This document shows, one piece after another, positions 1 through 9,241 of a stretch of 64,000 bases of DNA. The stretch is from Enterobacteria phage RB18. Numbering within the stretch: position 1 is the stretch's first letter; each line of letters opens with the position of its first letter. The notes beneath the pieces were generated by a model. That model was not told where the DNA came from and made no database searches. It saw nothing but the letters and a program-made list of their open reading frames with translations. A program made the translations under genes and the position numbers. The DNA lies in the sequence record NC_054906.1; one strand, written 5' to 3'.

Positions 1-2178
1 TTAGGCCGCAAGGGCCTTCATAGTTTTAGCGATTTGGGAAACTTCATCATCACTTAAAGAACTGCGATATCCGATGAAGTCGGAAACAATACGGAATTTC
101 TTGGTAAACTCAGCAACCATTTTATCACTGTTTTTTGAAGCATTATTTGATAATACATCAAAAAGATTAGTTACTGTCCAGATGTCATGACCGATGGTAT
201 CTTTTCCACCATTAAAATATACACCGCGCAATGAACTAACTATATTAGCGAGTCGTGTATATTCTTCAGAAACTTCATCTGTACTGAAGTACTTCATCAT
301 AAAATCTAGTTCAGGATACTTGATAATTTTATCAATATATCGTTGAGCTGAACTTGAATAACCTACATACTTATCATAATCTACATCATCAAAAGCATCT
401 ACATATAAATCACGCAGAGTTTCAAAAATACATTGGCACTGACCGAGTTCTTTTACCTTTTTCTGCAAAAGCGGACGAATAACATAAAATTCATTAATGC
501 CAATAAGATTAGCCATACGAATCAAAATATTCATAGATGGATGACAAAGAGATGTAGTACCATCCATAGAGAAAATATCAGAACGATGCATATACGCTAC
601 ATACCCAGTAATTTCATCTGCTTCTGATGTGAGCGTAAATAATTCCTCTTTTTCCCAGCGCCCGTCTTTAATTTCAAACTTAAATGCTGTAGCAGCTTTA
701 GGACGAGGAGCTTTACTTTTAACTACCTTTGGAATATAGCTTTTAACTAAAGCTTCAATTTCTGACAAATAATGAATGTTAACTTCATCACTTTCAAACA
801 TCGCCATAATATCAGGAAGCAAATCAATCTGCGATTCTACTTCTGGATTAATAAACAGAAGGCGTTCGTTGTGATGAATATTCAAAGTGTTATTAAATTC
901 ACTATCATCTAACGCATGTGCTAATCCACGGACAATATTAACACGATTTTTAATATTATCAATAACGATATTAATTTTTGTTGCATTAATACCAAACAGA
1001 CGATAACTTGATGCAACGGCTGAAGTTTCATGACTTTGCTTAATGCGCTTCAGTCGAGGGTCAAGATTTACTTCATACACAACTCCTGCATTGCATAACT
1101 TACTATCAGGTTCAAACATGCTTTGCATCTTCTTATATGACAGATTTTTAGTCGTAAATTTGACTGAATTACTAATCATATAATCTCGAGCAGAATACCC
1201 CATCTTCATCAATTCACGATATGTATGACGGGGAGATGTGGATTCTTTAAATCGTTTTACATCTTCATTAAATGCTTTCTCACTGAGTTCTTTAACTCGT
1301 TCAATAATATTTTTACGAGTACGATCATCCAGTGAAAGAGCCTCGCGAGATGGAGCAATATCAAGTGAACCCATTGGAAACTTAATGTAATTCACTTCAT
1401 TGCGAATGCTTAGCCAGTTACGGTCTCTAATAACACCATCGATAGGATAAACAATACCGCCATAGATAGCATATAATCCACCACGATCTGGCCAGTATCT
1501 TTCTGGATTTACGCCATAATAATCATCAAAATCCGGAAAATAATCAATTTCGCGGTCAAGACCATTAATGATAGCCAAATCTTTGAACGGTCGCATGATA
1601 TAAGAAACTTCATAAGCAAAGTTTCTAAAGTCTTTTTCTTCAACTGGAACTACGATTTCAATACCAGTTTTATCATCTGGACCCATTTCTTTTACGAATG
1701 TAGGTTTAATCTGTGGGCCATCACCATCCATGTAAGCTACATAACCACGAATTTCACCTTTATGATACGAAGTAATACTAAACGTATCAGTATAACTAAA
1801 CGGAGATTTAGAACCTAAACCAAATCCGCCAATGAAATCGTTAGATTCAGCTTTAGATGAACTGAAGTATGAATTATACAGTCCAGGAGAATTATCATCA
1901 CCCTGAATATCAAAATCACTCATACCCGGACCAAAATCTCGACAAACAAATCGTGGATCTAATCGTCCTGGAACTTGAATGATAAATTTTTCAGGATTTC
2001 CATTAAGAGCATGGGCATCAATCATGTTGGTAATCAATTCACGGACCACTGCGCGAATCTTGTTTGTATACAAATCAGATGATAGAATTTTAAATACTTT
2101 AGGATTTGCTGCGATGCTAAATGCTTTTGATTTAGAACCATTGCCAAGAATTGTTTCTTTTTCAGTGGTGATAATCAT
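1..2178 (-). CDS. rIIA: RIIA membrane-associated protein (rapid-lysis / Rex-exclusion locus)
   Basis: 725-aa ORF, same length as T4 RIIA; N-terminus [16 protein letters not shown] as recalled for T4; map position next to gene 39. Confidence 0.85.
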   Translation of the reverse strand: MIITTEKETILGNGSKSKAFSIAANPKVFKILSSDLYTNKIRAVVRELITNMIDAHALNGNPEKFIIQVPGRLDPRFVCRDFGPGMSDFDIQGDDNSPGLYNSYFSSSKAESNDFIGGFGLGSKSPFSYTDTFSITSYHKGEIRGYVAYMDGDGPQIKPTFVKEMGPDDKTGIEIVVPVEEKDFRNFAYEVSYIMRPFKDLAIINGLDREIDYFPDFDDYYGVNPERYWPDRGGLYAIYGGIVYPIDGVIRDRNWLSIRNEVNYIKFPMGSLDIAPSREALSLDDRTRKNIIERVKELSEKAFNEDVKRFKESTSPRHTYRELMKMGYSARDYMISNSVKFTTKNLSYKKMQSMFEPDSKLCNAGVVYEVNLDPRLKRIKQSHETSAVASSYRLFGINATKINIVIDNIKNRVNIVRGLAHALDDSEFNNTLNIHHNERLLFINPEVESQIDLLPDIMAMFESDEVNIHYLSEIEALVKSYIPKVVKSKAPRPKAATAFKFEIKDGRWEKEELFTLTSEADEITGYVAYMHRSDIFSMDGTTSLCHPSMNILIRMANLIGINEFYVIRPLLQKKVKELGQCQCIFETLRDLYVDAFDDVDYDKYVGYSSSAQRYIDKIIKYPELDFMMKYFSTDEVSEEYTRLANIVSSLRGVYFNGGKDTIGHDIWTVTNLFDVLSNNASKNSDKMVAEFTKKFRIVSDFIGYRSSLSDDEVSQIAKTMKALAA

Positions 2179-2188
2179 AATTTCCTCA

Positions 2189-2392
2189 TTAATTCATATT
2201 ACGTTTAATAACTTCGGCAACTTCTAGTAGTTCATCTTTAGTTGCGGTATCGGATTGAATTTTATCTCTAATATCCTTAAAGCGGTTTTTAAATTCTTCG
2301 GCTTCTCCCATATCGAAAAAGCGTTGAATGATTCTATATTCTCGATGAACTGCTTTATCAAAAAGTTCTAAATTTACTTTATATGATTTCAT
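2189..2392 (-). CDS. small hypothetical protein at the rIIA.1 position
   Basis: 67-aa ORF directly upstream of rIIA, GAGG RBS, preceded by an early promoter. Confidence 0.5.
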   Translation of the reverse strand: MKSYKVNLELFDKAVHREYRIIQRFFDMGEAEEFKNRFKDIRDKIQSDTATKDELLEVAEVIKRNMN

Positions 2393-2417
2393 TTCAATAT
2401 CCTCATTTGCCCAATTA

Positions 2418-2447
2418 ATTATACCACATCCTTGTGGTAAAGTAAAC
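2418..2447 (-). promoter_or_regulatory. early sigma70-type promoter (GTTTAC-18 nt-TATAAT)
   Basis: minus-strand GTTTAC and TATAAT with 18-nt spacer overlapping the stop of gene 39, upstream of rIIA.1. Confidence 0.55.
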
Positions 2448-4267
2448 TACTGGCTCATCCATTCTTTACGAAGGTCAGCATTATCTCCCATGAGCATTTC
2501 AAAAAGCTCTTTCCAGTTCTCAGGAAGTTTAACAACATCATATACTGGGTTTTGAATCATCTCACGATATTCAGATTTTTCCAAAGAGCCAAGTCCCTTA
2601 ATATAACGGATGCTATGTTTAGGTAGAGCATCTTTGGCACTCTCATATTCAGCGACTGTATAAAACCATTCTTGTTTTTTACCGACCTGAGCGATGATTA
2701 CAGGAGTTTTGACAAAGCGAATTCGTCCTTGCTCAAACAATTCTGGCCAATTACTAAAAAATCCGAGCAGAGAAGGATAAATGCTTCCTAGACCATCATG
2801 GTCAGCATCAGTCATAATAGCAATATTATGATAATTCAAGTTTTCAGCTTTTTCACCAAGAACTAATCCAGTGATTGCGCAAATATCAAATAGTTCTTTA
2901 TTTTTAAGCATATCAGCATATGACATACCCCAACTGTTGAGAACTTTACCACGCAATGGATAACCACCATGAAGTTCTTTATCACGAACATCAATAAGAT
3001 ATCCGATAGCAGAATCACCCTCAGTCAAGAAAAGAGTAGTATCAGCATCTTTACCGCAAAGATTCGCTTTGATATGTTTATGAACCTTAGCTTTAGAAGC
3101 CTTTTTAGCTGCTTTAGTTTCTGCTGCTTTTTCTGCCGCCAATTTACGAGCCAAAGCAGCTTCAATAATCGGCATTAGAATTGCTTCATTATTTAGAATA
3201 GCACGTGAAATCTTTTTAGCATCAAGTTGAATATGACTACGGATTTCACCAAATGGAGAAGTCAAACGCTCTTTAGTTTGAGAATCAAATCGCATGTTTT
3301 TCATATCACGAACAAACATAACGATAGTCAAACATTCTTTGACACGCGCTTTGGTTACATCAATTTTGAACTTACGTTTGATTTGTGGAATAAGGTCTTC
3401 ACAAATATCATCCATAACACAGTCAATGTGATGGCCACCATTCTTAGTATGAATGTTATTGACGTATGTTAATTGACGAAAACCATCTGGTGAACGACCA
3501 ACCGCAATAGAACAATTTTCTTGTTCTTGAACGATAGCATGTTCATCATACTGTCGTGCGTATTTCTTAAAATTACCCTGAACCTTTTTACCATTAAAGG
3601 TAAATTGAATATCAGGATAAACAACAGCAAGTGTCTGGAGACGATCCAGTGTAATGTCAAGATAAACTTGGGACAGCTCATTAGTTTCAAATGACATAAA
3701 ATCAGGAATGAAAGTAACACGAGTTCCTTTCCATTTTCCAGGAATATCTTCCCATGATTTATTTTCCATGCCATTTGAGCAACGAACTACAATATTATTT
3801 TGACCATCGCCAGTTTCACCGACAAACATCACAGAAAAAATGTTTGTCAAACTAGAACCAACACCGTTCATACCGCCAGTGACGCGTTCTTTATCATCAC
3901 CGAAGTTACCACCTGCTTTTGGAATAGTCCATGCGGCAACAGGACCAGGAATTTCTTCACCGGTAGGTGTTTTAACCATCGCTTGTGGAATACCGCGACC
4001 GTTATCTTCAACTGTTACTTGATTGTTTTTAATAGTAACATTAATTTTATTTGCGAATTTAAACTTAGTACGAATACCTTCATCTACTGAGTTATCGATA
4101 ATTTCATCAATAAGCTTAACAAGACCAGGTACATACTGAACACTTTCCCATTTACCAAACAGAAAGCGCTCATGCATTTCATTAGCAGAAGAGCCAATAT
4201 ACATGCCGCTACGCTTTTTGATATGTTCAATATCGCTCAGAATTTTAATTTCATTCTTAATCATCAC
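2447..4267 (-). CDS. 39: DNA topoisomerase II large subunit, unsplit T2-type gp39 (GHKL ATPase + TOPRIM)
   Basis: 606-aa ORF; no separate gene 60 between rIIA.1 and 39; conserved position. Confidence 0.9.
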   Translation of the reverse strand: MMIKNEIKILSDIEHIKKRSGMYIGSSANEMHERFLFGKWESVQYVPGLVKLIDEIIDNSVDEGIRTKFKFANKINVTIKNNQVTVEDNGRGIPQAMVKTPTGEEIPGPVAAWTIPKAGGNFGDDKERVTGGMNGVGSSLTNIFSVMFVGETGDGQNNIVVRCSNGMENKSWEDIPGKWKGTRVTFIPDFMSFETNELSQVYLDITLDRLQTLAVVYPDIQFTFNGKKVQGNFKKYARQYDEHAIVQEQENCSIAVGRSPDGFRQLTYVNNIHTKNGGHHIDCVMDDICEDLIPQIKRKFKIDVTKARVKECLTIVMFVRDMKNMRFDSQTKERLTSPFGEIRSHIQLDAKKISRAILNNEAILMPIIEAALARKLAAEKAAETKAAKKASKAKVHKHIKANLCGKDADTTLFLTEGDSAIGYLIDVRDKELHGGYPLRGKVLNSWGMSYADMLKNKELFDICAITGLVLGEKAENLNYHNIAIMTDADHDGLGSIYPSLLGFFSNWPELFEQGRIRFVKTPVIIAQVGKKQEWFYTVAEYESAKDALPKHSIRYIKGLGSLEKSEYREMIQNPVYDVVKLPENWKELFEMLMGDNADLRKEWMSQ

Positions 4268-4291
4268 TTATCCTCGTTTGGTTTCGGGAAT

Positions 4292-4316
4292 ATTATACTC
4301 CGGTAATCATAAAGCT
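4292..4316 (-). promoter_or_regulatory. candidate MotA-dependent middle promoter for gene 39
   Basis: minus strand reads AGCTTTA (MotA-box-like), 12 nt, TATAAT, about 25 nt before the gene 39 ATG. Confidence 0.3.
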
Positions 4317-4334
4317 AAAGGCCCGAAGGCCTTT
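4317..4334 (-). terminator. stem-loop with UUCG tetraloop (terminator / RNA stabiliser)
   Basis: aaaggcc-cgaa-ggccttt on plus strand; loop is UUCG in mRNA sense; immediately after stop of the 4334..4603 ORF. Confidence 0.45.
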
Positions 4335-4603
4335 TATTTAAAACGGATAGTCGAATCTTTGAAGAATAGACCAGAACATACTGTTCCTTCTACTTTCTGC
4401 CCGGTAGGTCCAACAGCACGAAATCCAGTATGTTGGAAATCATTTTCAGAACAACCGAACCAATTATATCCAGTGATTTCAATATTAGTAAAACCACTTG
4501 AAGACAAAACTTTGGTTGCATTATCAGCATCAGTACATCCTACTAAAGACACTGCTAATACTAATGCTGCAATAGAACGATTAATATATTTCATAATTTT
4601 CAC
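4334..4603 (-). CDS. predicted lipoprotein
   Basis: 89 aa; N-terminal signal peptide with lipobox LVGC. Confidence 0.55.
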   Translation of the reverse strand: MKIMKYINRSIAALVLAVSLVGCTDADNATKVLSSSGFTNIEITGYNWFGCSENDFQHTGFRAVGPTGQKVEGTVCSGLFFKDSTIRFK

Positions 4604-4971
4604 TTAAATTTAATGGCTTGAAGAAGACTAATAATTCTCAAGCGACTTCTTTCATCTTTAACTGTAAAAGAAAGAGGGTCACCAGATTTCATAGTAATAG
4701 TACATTCAAAATCAAAATCTTCGGAAACTTCTTTGAAGAAGTCAAATTCTTCATCATAAATTAGAACATTACTCTGACAACTATGAAGAATTTTTCCATC
4801 ATTTCCAGATGCTGTACTAATCATTGTAACATTATGACCTTTCATATCTTCAATGATAAATTCACTAGTCAATATTACAGCATTAATAGAACTATTCCTA
4901 TTACTAGCAGAAAGTAGATATTTCTGTTCTTCACCTTCACGAATGCAATATTTCTTACCGATTTTAAACAT
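4600..4971 (-). CDS. hypothetical protein
   Basis: 123-aa ORF, 4-nt overlap with downstream gene. Confidence 0.5.
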   Translation of the reverse strand: MFKIGKKYCIREGEEQKYLLSASNRNSSINAVILTSEFIIEDMKGHNVTMISTASGNDGKILHSCQSNVLIYDEEFDFFKEVSEDFDFECTITMKSGDPLSFTVKDERSRLRIISLLQAIKFK

Positions 4972-4973
4972 AA

Positions 4974-5150
4974 TTACCCTTTAAGTAAGTCGTAAAAACC
5001 ACCATTCACATGCTTAGGAGCAGAAGGCCGACGAGTAGACAAACGATGACATTTAGGGCAAACATCATTTTCTCGTTCAGAAATCTTTTTAATTTTTTCA
5101 TATTCATGCCCGCAATCTTCGGATTGGCATTTATAATCATACATTGGCAT
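4974..5150 (-). CDS. small zinc-ribbon protein (58 aa), absent from the ORF track
   Basis: ATG at 5150; translation MPMYDYKCQSEDCGHEYEKIKKISERENDVCPKCH... has two CxxC pairs; fills the gap between flanking genes exactly. Confidence 0.45.
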   Translation of the reverse strand: MPMYDYKCQSEDCGHEYEKIKKISERENDVCPKCHRLSTRRPSAPKHVNGGFYDLLKG

Positions 5151-5152
5151 AA

Positions 5153-5578
5153 TTATTCCTTAAAGTGTGCTTTCAGCATTTGATACAAGGACCATGCCTG
5201 TTCATTATTTTCAATAGTAACTTTCATGACAGGAAATTCTGTGAAATCTTCTATTTGTTCTTGCTCTTTCTCTTCCTGCTCTTGCTCTTCAGCTGCCTGA
5301 TATGGATTTTCCACTTCATCAAAGAACTCGGCTTCGTTAGTAGAGAGCCAGATAAAGTTTTCGTCAAGGATATCACCATGTGTTGCATATCCAATTGTGC
5401 CAGTAAATGACATAATTTTAGTAGGACGACCAAGATGGTCAACATCTAAAATTTTAAAAGGATGCATACCTAAACGTCGTGCATAAATTCCGTTATCAGT
5501 ATGGTCTTTAATAAAAGCTTCTTGAGCTTGTTTATTTTTAAATTGATACCATTTATTAACTTCAAATTTAATAGCCAT
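5153..5578 (-). CDS. hypothetical protein with acidic E/Q-rich segment
   Basis: 141-aa ORF. Confidence 0.5.
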   Translation of the reverse strand: MAIKFEVNKWYQFKNKQAQEAFIKDHTDNGIYARRLGMHPFKILDVDHLGRPTKIMSFTGTIGYATHGDILDENFIWLSTNEAEFFDEVENPYQAAEEQEQEEKEQEQIEDFTEFPVMKVTIENNEQAWSLYQMLKAHFKE

Positions 5579-5793
5579 TAATAAATTTCCTTCCAGTAAG
5601 TTGTGCCATCTTCAGTAATTTCACGAAATACACCGTAAATTGGTTGTTTATCACCAACCTTTTCATACACATAAACCGAAGTCAAGTGAGTAAACTTAAC
5701 GGTATGTTCCTTTTGAACCACTACCAAATCTGGATCAAATAATACATCTTCAAATTCGTCATTAGTGCAATTCTGAACAATTTTACGTTTCAT
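5578..5793 (-). CDS. hypothetical protein
   Basis: 71-aa ORF with overlapping stop/start. Confidence 0.45.
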   Translation of the reverse strand: MKRKIVQNCTNDEFEDVLFDPDLVVVQKEHTVKFTHLTSVYVYEKVGDKQPIYGVFREITEDGTTYWKEIY

Positions 5794-5806
5794 TACAATT
5801 TCCTCA

Positions 5807-6088
5807 TTAATTAAACATTGGAGCGATACGTTTCAGAAGAGTAGCAGCACCTTTAGCGAATTTTACATCATGAAAAACAGTTTCTTCTTCTGTAACAACT
5901 CGAACTTTAATATTTTCACAATCCCAATTTTTACGAACAATCTTCAAAAGCTGCAGTAAATCTTTACATTCAGCAATATCGATAACACATCCACGAGAAT
6001 CTTCCATTATCGCACGATAACCGTAAGCCATACCATAATCGTTAAAAGATTGCTCGATGATAATTAAGTTTTCCATTTTATTCTCCAA
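5807..6088 (-). CDS. hypothetical protein
   Basis: 93-aa ORF with GGAG RBS. Confidence 0.5.
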   Translation of the reverse strand: MENKMENLIIIEQSFNDYGMAYGYRAIMEDSRGCVIDIAECKDLLQLLKIVRKNWDCENIKVRVVTEEETVFHDVKFAKGAATLLKRIAPMFN

Positions 6089-6105
6089 GTTGTTTTCTGT
6101 AACAG

Positions 6106-6141
6106 TAGTTGATATTGATATAGTACCATAATCAACTACTG
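6106..6141. repeat. 11-bp perfect inverted repeat (cagtagttgat / atcaactactg)
   Basis: read directly; 14-nt loop; lies in the leader of the 5807..6088 ORF. Confidence 0.5.
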
Positions 6142-6173
6142 ATGTATATAGTTTTATGAAAAAAATTTAAACT

Positions 6174-6665
6174 TTATGCATAGCGAGCTTTGCTGTAGTG
6201 TTTAATCCAACTTTCAGGAATGACTTTGTATGTTCCTAAAAATACCGTGTTGTACAGCTTAACACCGTCTTCTACCCACTGATCGGTAATGTATGCGCAC
6301 ATAGCACGAGTACGGTTAACAACCCCTTCCTCACCTTCAGTAAATTCAAACTCATAAGGAGCAACGAACTTGATAGCTTGACCGAGTTTCCACTTAAAAT
6401 CTACACCTACATGCGAAGTATCAATCGTTTCAATTCCTTTAGCGGGAACAGCTTTCAAAAACGCAGGCTCAAGAAATTTCCATCGAACATAACCAAACTG
6501 AGGTTTAGACATTCCATCTTTAGGAATGATACGCACTTTTACTTCAGAATCTTCATCTTTAACACCATGTTTAAGCTGAATGCTTACAACTTCAACCAAT
6601 TTTCCTGCTGCCTTAGAACGGGATTTATCAGATACACGAGCAATTTCACCGATATTAATATTCAT
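6174..6665 (-). CDS. motB: MotB-like modifier of transcription
   Basis: 163 aa (T4 MotB is 162); position between the cef/39 side and dexA. Confidence 0.65.
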   Translation of the reverse strand: MNINIGEIARVSDKSRSKAAGKLVEVVSIQLKHGVKDEDSEVKVRIIPKDGMSKPQFGYVRWKFLEPAFLKAVPAKGIETIDTSHVGVDFKWKLGQAIKFVAPYEFEFTEGEEGVVNRTRAMCAYITDQWVEDGVKLYNTVFLGTYKVIPESWIKHYSKARYA

Positions 6666-6709
6666 AATTATCTCTCACTTGTTAAAAAGATTTTATACTC
6701 CGCAGGACC

Positions 6710-6739
6710 ATTATACTCTGGTCCCAAGAGTTTGTAAAC
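6710..6739 (-). promoter_or_regulatory. early promoter (GTTTAC-18-TATAAT)
   Basis: consensus elements on minus strand upstream of motB; the -10 lies inside an inverted repeat ggacca...tggtcc. Confidence 0.5.
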
Positions 6740-7239
6740 TAGCTTACACGAACATTAATCACTGCGCTGCGAGGAACTACGGAGTACTCTCCAGCATGAA
6801 CTACATTAAGAAGTTCAACGCCATCTTCAATCCACTGGTCAGTTACCCAACCGCCAATCGGATTCGCGAATGGACGACGAATATAAACTGCCTTACACAA
6901 CAAATCAGTCGGGTCTTCAATTTTTTCAACTGGTGTTACATACATAGAAACTAAATCCATATCAATATGGGATTTTTCTTGTTCTTCTTTTTCAATTTCT
7001 GTCAATAAATTGAAATCTTCTTCATAGATGATGAATGATGATACCCTTCCATAATAGTTTCTAATTTCCATGTACACTGTACCAATGAGAATTCCGCTAT
7101 TAACACTAATAACAGTAAAAGGATATCCGCCAGTTGTACCAAGAAGTTCCCAAAACTTGCTATCAGTCGTATTCGACATTGTCTGGAAATCAATTTCAGA
7201 TGGTTTTTTCATTTGATACGTAGTATTAATTTTAATCAT
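6739..7239 (-). CDS. MotB paralog
   Basis: 166 aa; C-terminal VTDQWIEDGVELLNVV..YSVVP aligns with MotB ITDQWVEDGVKLYNTV..YKVIP. Confidence 0.55.
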   Translation of the reverse strand: MIKINTTYQMKKPSEIDFQTMSNTTDSKFWELLGTTGGYPFTVISVNSGILIGTVYMEIRNYYGRVSSFIIYEEDFNLLTEIEKEEQEKSHIDMDLVSMYVTPVEKIEDPTDLLCKAVYIRRPFANPIGGWVTDQWIEDGVELLNVVHAGEYSVVPRSAVINVRVS

Positions 7240-7248
7240 AATTTTCCT

Positions 7249-7761
7249 TTAATCTAAGGTAATAAAGCCTTTTAATTCGGCATGCGATTTGCGAAACATT
7301 ACTTGATGCCCACCAATGATAACTTGATCATCTGGCACTTCATAAATCGCAATGTACATTCCACGATCTTTTAAGTCTTCACGCTCTTCTCGAGTAAACC
7401 ATCTCATTATATCATATTCACTAGCGAAAGCAAAATGATATAATGCAATAAACCACAATGGAATATAATTTTCAATTCGTGAATAATCTTTATTCCATTT
7501 AGTTTTAATAGCATCATTAGCATTTTCAACTAATAACTTATCATCGTGTGGAATAGGAATACTTTCATGACTTTCATAATCATTGCTATGATGATGAAAT
7601 GATGATGAATTAATACCGCAAAATTTTAGCCAAGTTCGAGTTTTCATAGAATCAAATCCACGATAAGGAGTTGATTGAACACATAACTCTTGCCTAATTT
7701 TCATTATACCACTATCATCATTTAATGCGCTAAACGATGATTCAACACGATAAATTTTCAT
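7249..7761 (-). CDS. hypothetical protein (170 aa from internal ATG)
   Basis: the track ORF start at 7800 overlaps the promoter; ATG at 7761 has a GAGGA RBS. Confidence 0.5.
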   Translation of the reverse strand: MKIYRVESSFSALNDDSGIMKIRQELCVQSTPYRGFDSMKTRTWLKFCGINSSSFHHHSNDYESHESIPIPHDDKLLVENANDAIKTKWNKDYSRIENYIPLWFIALYHFAFASEYDIMRWFTREEREDLKDRGMYIAIYEVPDDQVIIGGHQVMFRKSHAELKGFITLD

Positions 7762-7788
7762 TTTATTATCCTCAGTAGCTATGGTGTT

Positions 7789-7818
7789 ATAATACCACAA
7801 CTAACCGAGGAAGTAAAC
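7789..7818 (-). promoter_or_regulatory. early promoter (GTTTAC-18-TATTAT)
   Basis: minus-strand consensus between dexA and the next ORF. Confidence 0.5.
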
Positions 7819-7824
7819 AACTTT

Positions 7825-8508
7825 TTATCGTTTAGTTGGAAGAGATAGAGGATCGCATTCTTCCTCTGACGGAGCATCTTCAAGACCCATAGCATATCGC
7901 AAAGCATACTTCATCATCAGGATGTCTTTCGCACAGTCATGAATAGAATCATGTGCAACGAATCCATCTAAAGTTCCCTTTGGAAGAGGACATGTGGTCA
8001 TATCACGAACAAGTAGAAGTGCTTCAATTCTGGTACGAATATCACGCTGATTCCAAAATTTACAAGGTTCTAACTTAAATGTATCAAGCTCATTCTCTGA
8101 AACGCCGTTAAGACGTTGAATATCGCGAATGAGATCGACTAAAATTGGAAAATCAAACGACATTCCACGGCACCAGCCTTGAGATTTCCAAGGATCGATA
8201 TTATGTGCATTGATGTAATCATTAAATTTTGCAATACCATCGATAGTGCTTACATCTTCATCGGATGGTGCAATATTTTTTCGAGCTTCAGGAGACTGAT
8301 TTTTCCACCATTCGATAGTGCTTTTAGTAAAAAGACGATGTCCTTTTTGGCTTTTTAAATCAAATTTGATTTTAATGCCGCGTGAAACTAATTCATCAAA
8401 TGTTTCAACGACTTCTGGATTAGGGTCAAAAGCAATTACAGCCAAATCAATAACAGCTGCTTTTTCACCGCTTCCCATTGTTTCAAAATCTATAATAAAA
8501 TCAAACAT
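7825..8508 (-). CDS. dexA: exonuclease A (DnaQ-like 3'-5' exonuclease)
   Basis: 227 aa, same length as T4 DexA; N-terminal DFETMG-type exonuclease motif. Confidence 0.8.
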   Translation of the reverse strand: MFDFIIDFETMGSGEKAAVIDLAVIAFDPNPEVVETFDELVSRGIKIKFDLKSQKGHRLFTKSTIEWWKNQSPEARKNIAPSDEDVSTIDGIAKFNDYINAHNIDPWKSQGWCRGMSFDFPILVDLIRDIQRLNGVSENELDTFKLEPCKFWNQRDIRTRIEALLLVRDMTTCPLPKGTLDGFVAHDSIHDCAKDILMMKYALRYAMGLEDAPSEEECDPLSLPTKR

Positions 8509-8783
8509 TAAACTTTCCTCGCTAAATCGCGAATTTGACCTACAGTATAATCTTGAATATAAACTTTATTAATAGGCTCATCCATAAATTTTGCCATAGA
8601 TTCAATATCTTTTTGCATCTCTTCAAGACTGTATACTATCTTTAAAGCTTTTTCGCGAATAGTAATATTTTCAGGACTAGAATTTTCCTCAATGACAGCT
8701 TTAACATTTGTCATAAGAGATTTAAACTGATGCAAACTTAATTCAATCATTAATAACCGCCTTATAAAGATGGCTAATTTCAC
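8508..8783 (-). CDS. hypothetical small protein
   Basis: 91-aa ORF. Confidence 0.45.
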   Translation of the reverse strand: MKLAIFIRRLLMIELSLHQFKSLMTNVKAVIEENSSPENITIREKALKIVYSLEEMQKDIESMAKFMDEPINKVYIQDYTVGQIRDLARKV

Positions 8784-9003
8784 CTAAAACATAATCACTG
8801 ATTGTGACAGTTTTCACTTCACCACAAAAGAATTCTAACGCAATCAAATCTCGTTCAATTTCTTCTAATTGAAGCATTAACTTGCCAGATTCAATTTTTA
8901 CATTTCTACGATTTTTACTATAAGCTATTTCATAAATTTCGCTCACTTTATCTTGAAGCAGATAAAACTGGTCTTTAGTTATTTCCACGAATAGCTTCCT
9001 CAA
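8743..9003 (-). CDS. hypothetical small protein
   Basis: 86-aa ORF; overlaps neighbour, real start may be internal. Confidence 0.4.
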   Translation of the reverse strand: MRKLFVEITKDQFYLLQDKVSEIYEIAYSKNRRNVKIESGKLMLQLEEIERDLIALEFFCGEVKTVTISDYVLGEISHLYKAVIND

Positions 9004-9235
9004 ATTTAATTAGTAATTTACAGACACTTTCATCTAGTGTAATTACCGTATCTGTATTACTGTGATATGATTGTTTTTCAATTCGTTTAATTGCTAATAT
9101 AGTATCACTTATAAGATAAAGCTTATGAAGGAGCTCAGCTCCTGTTACCATAACATCGAGATTATCTTGCTTATTAGTATGCTTCCTTATACCATCTATT
9201 AGACGATTTAAATATTTTGAATTGATGTTAATCAT
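8975..9235 (-). CDS. hypothetical small protein
   Basis: 86-aa ORF. Confidence 0.4.
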   Translation of the reverse strand: MININSKYLNRLIDGIRKHTNKQDNLDVMVTGAELLHKLYLISDTILAIKRIEKQSYHSNTDTVITLDESVCKLLIKFEEAIRGNN

Positions 9236-9241
9236 ATAGCC

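Noticed and set aside
433-627. Plus-strand ORFs inside rIIA and other large minus-strand genes (for example 433..627, 1979..2227, 3800..4090, 9950..10174, 26416..26601, 30436..30852, 32848..33231, 41697..42352)
   Set aside because: They lie antisense within well-supported conserved genes, have no RBS context and show low-complexity composition typical of antisense frames in AT-rich DNA.
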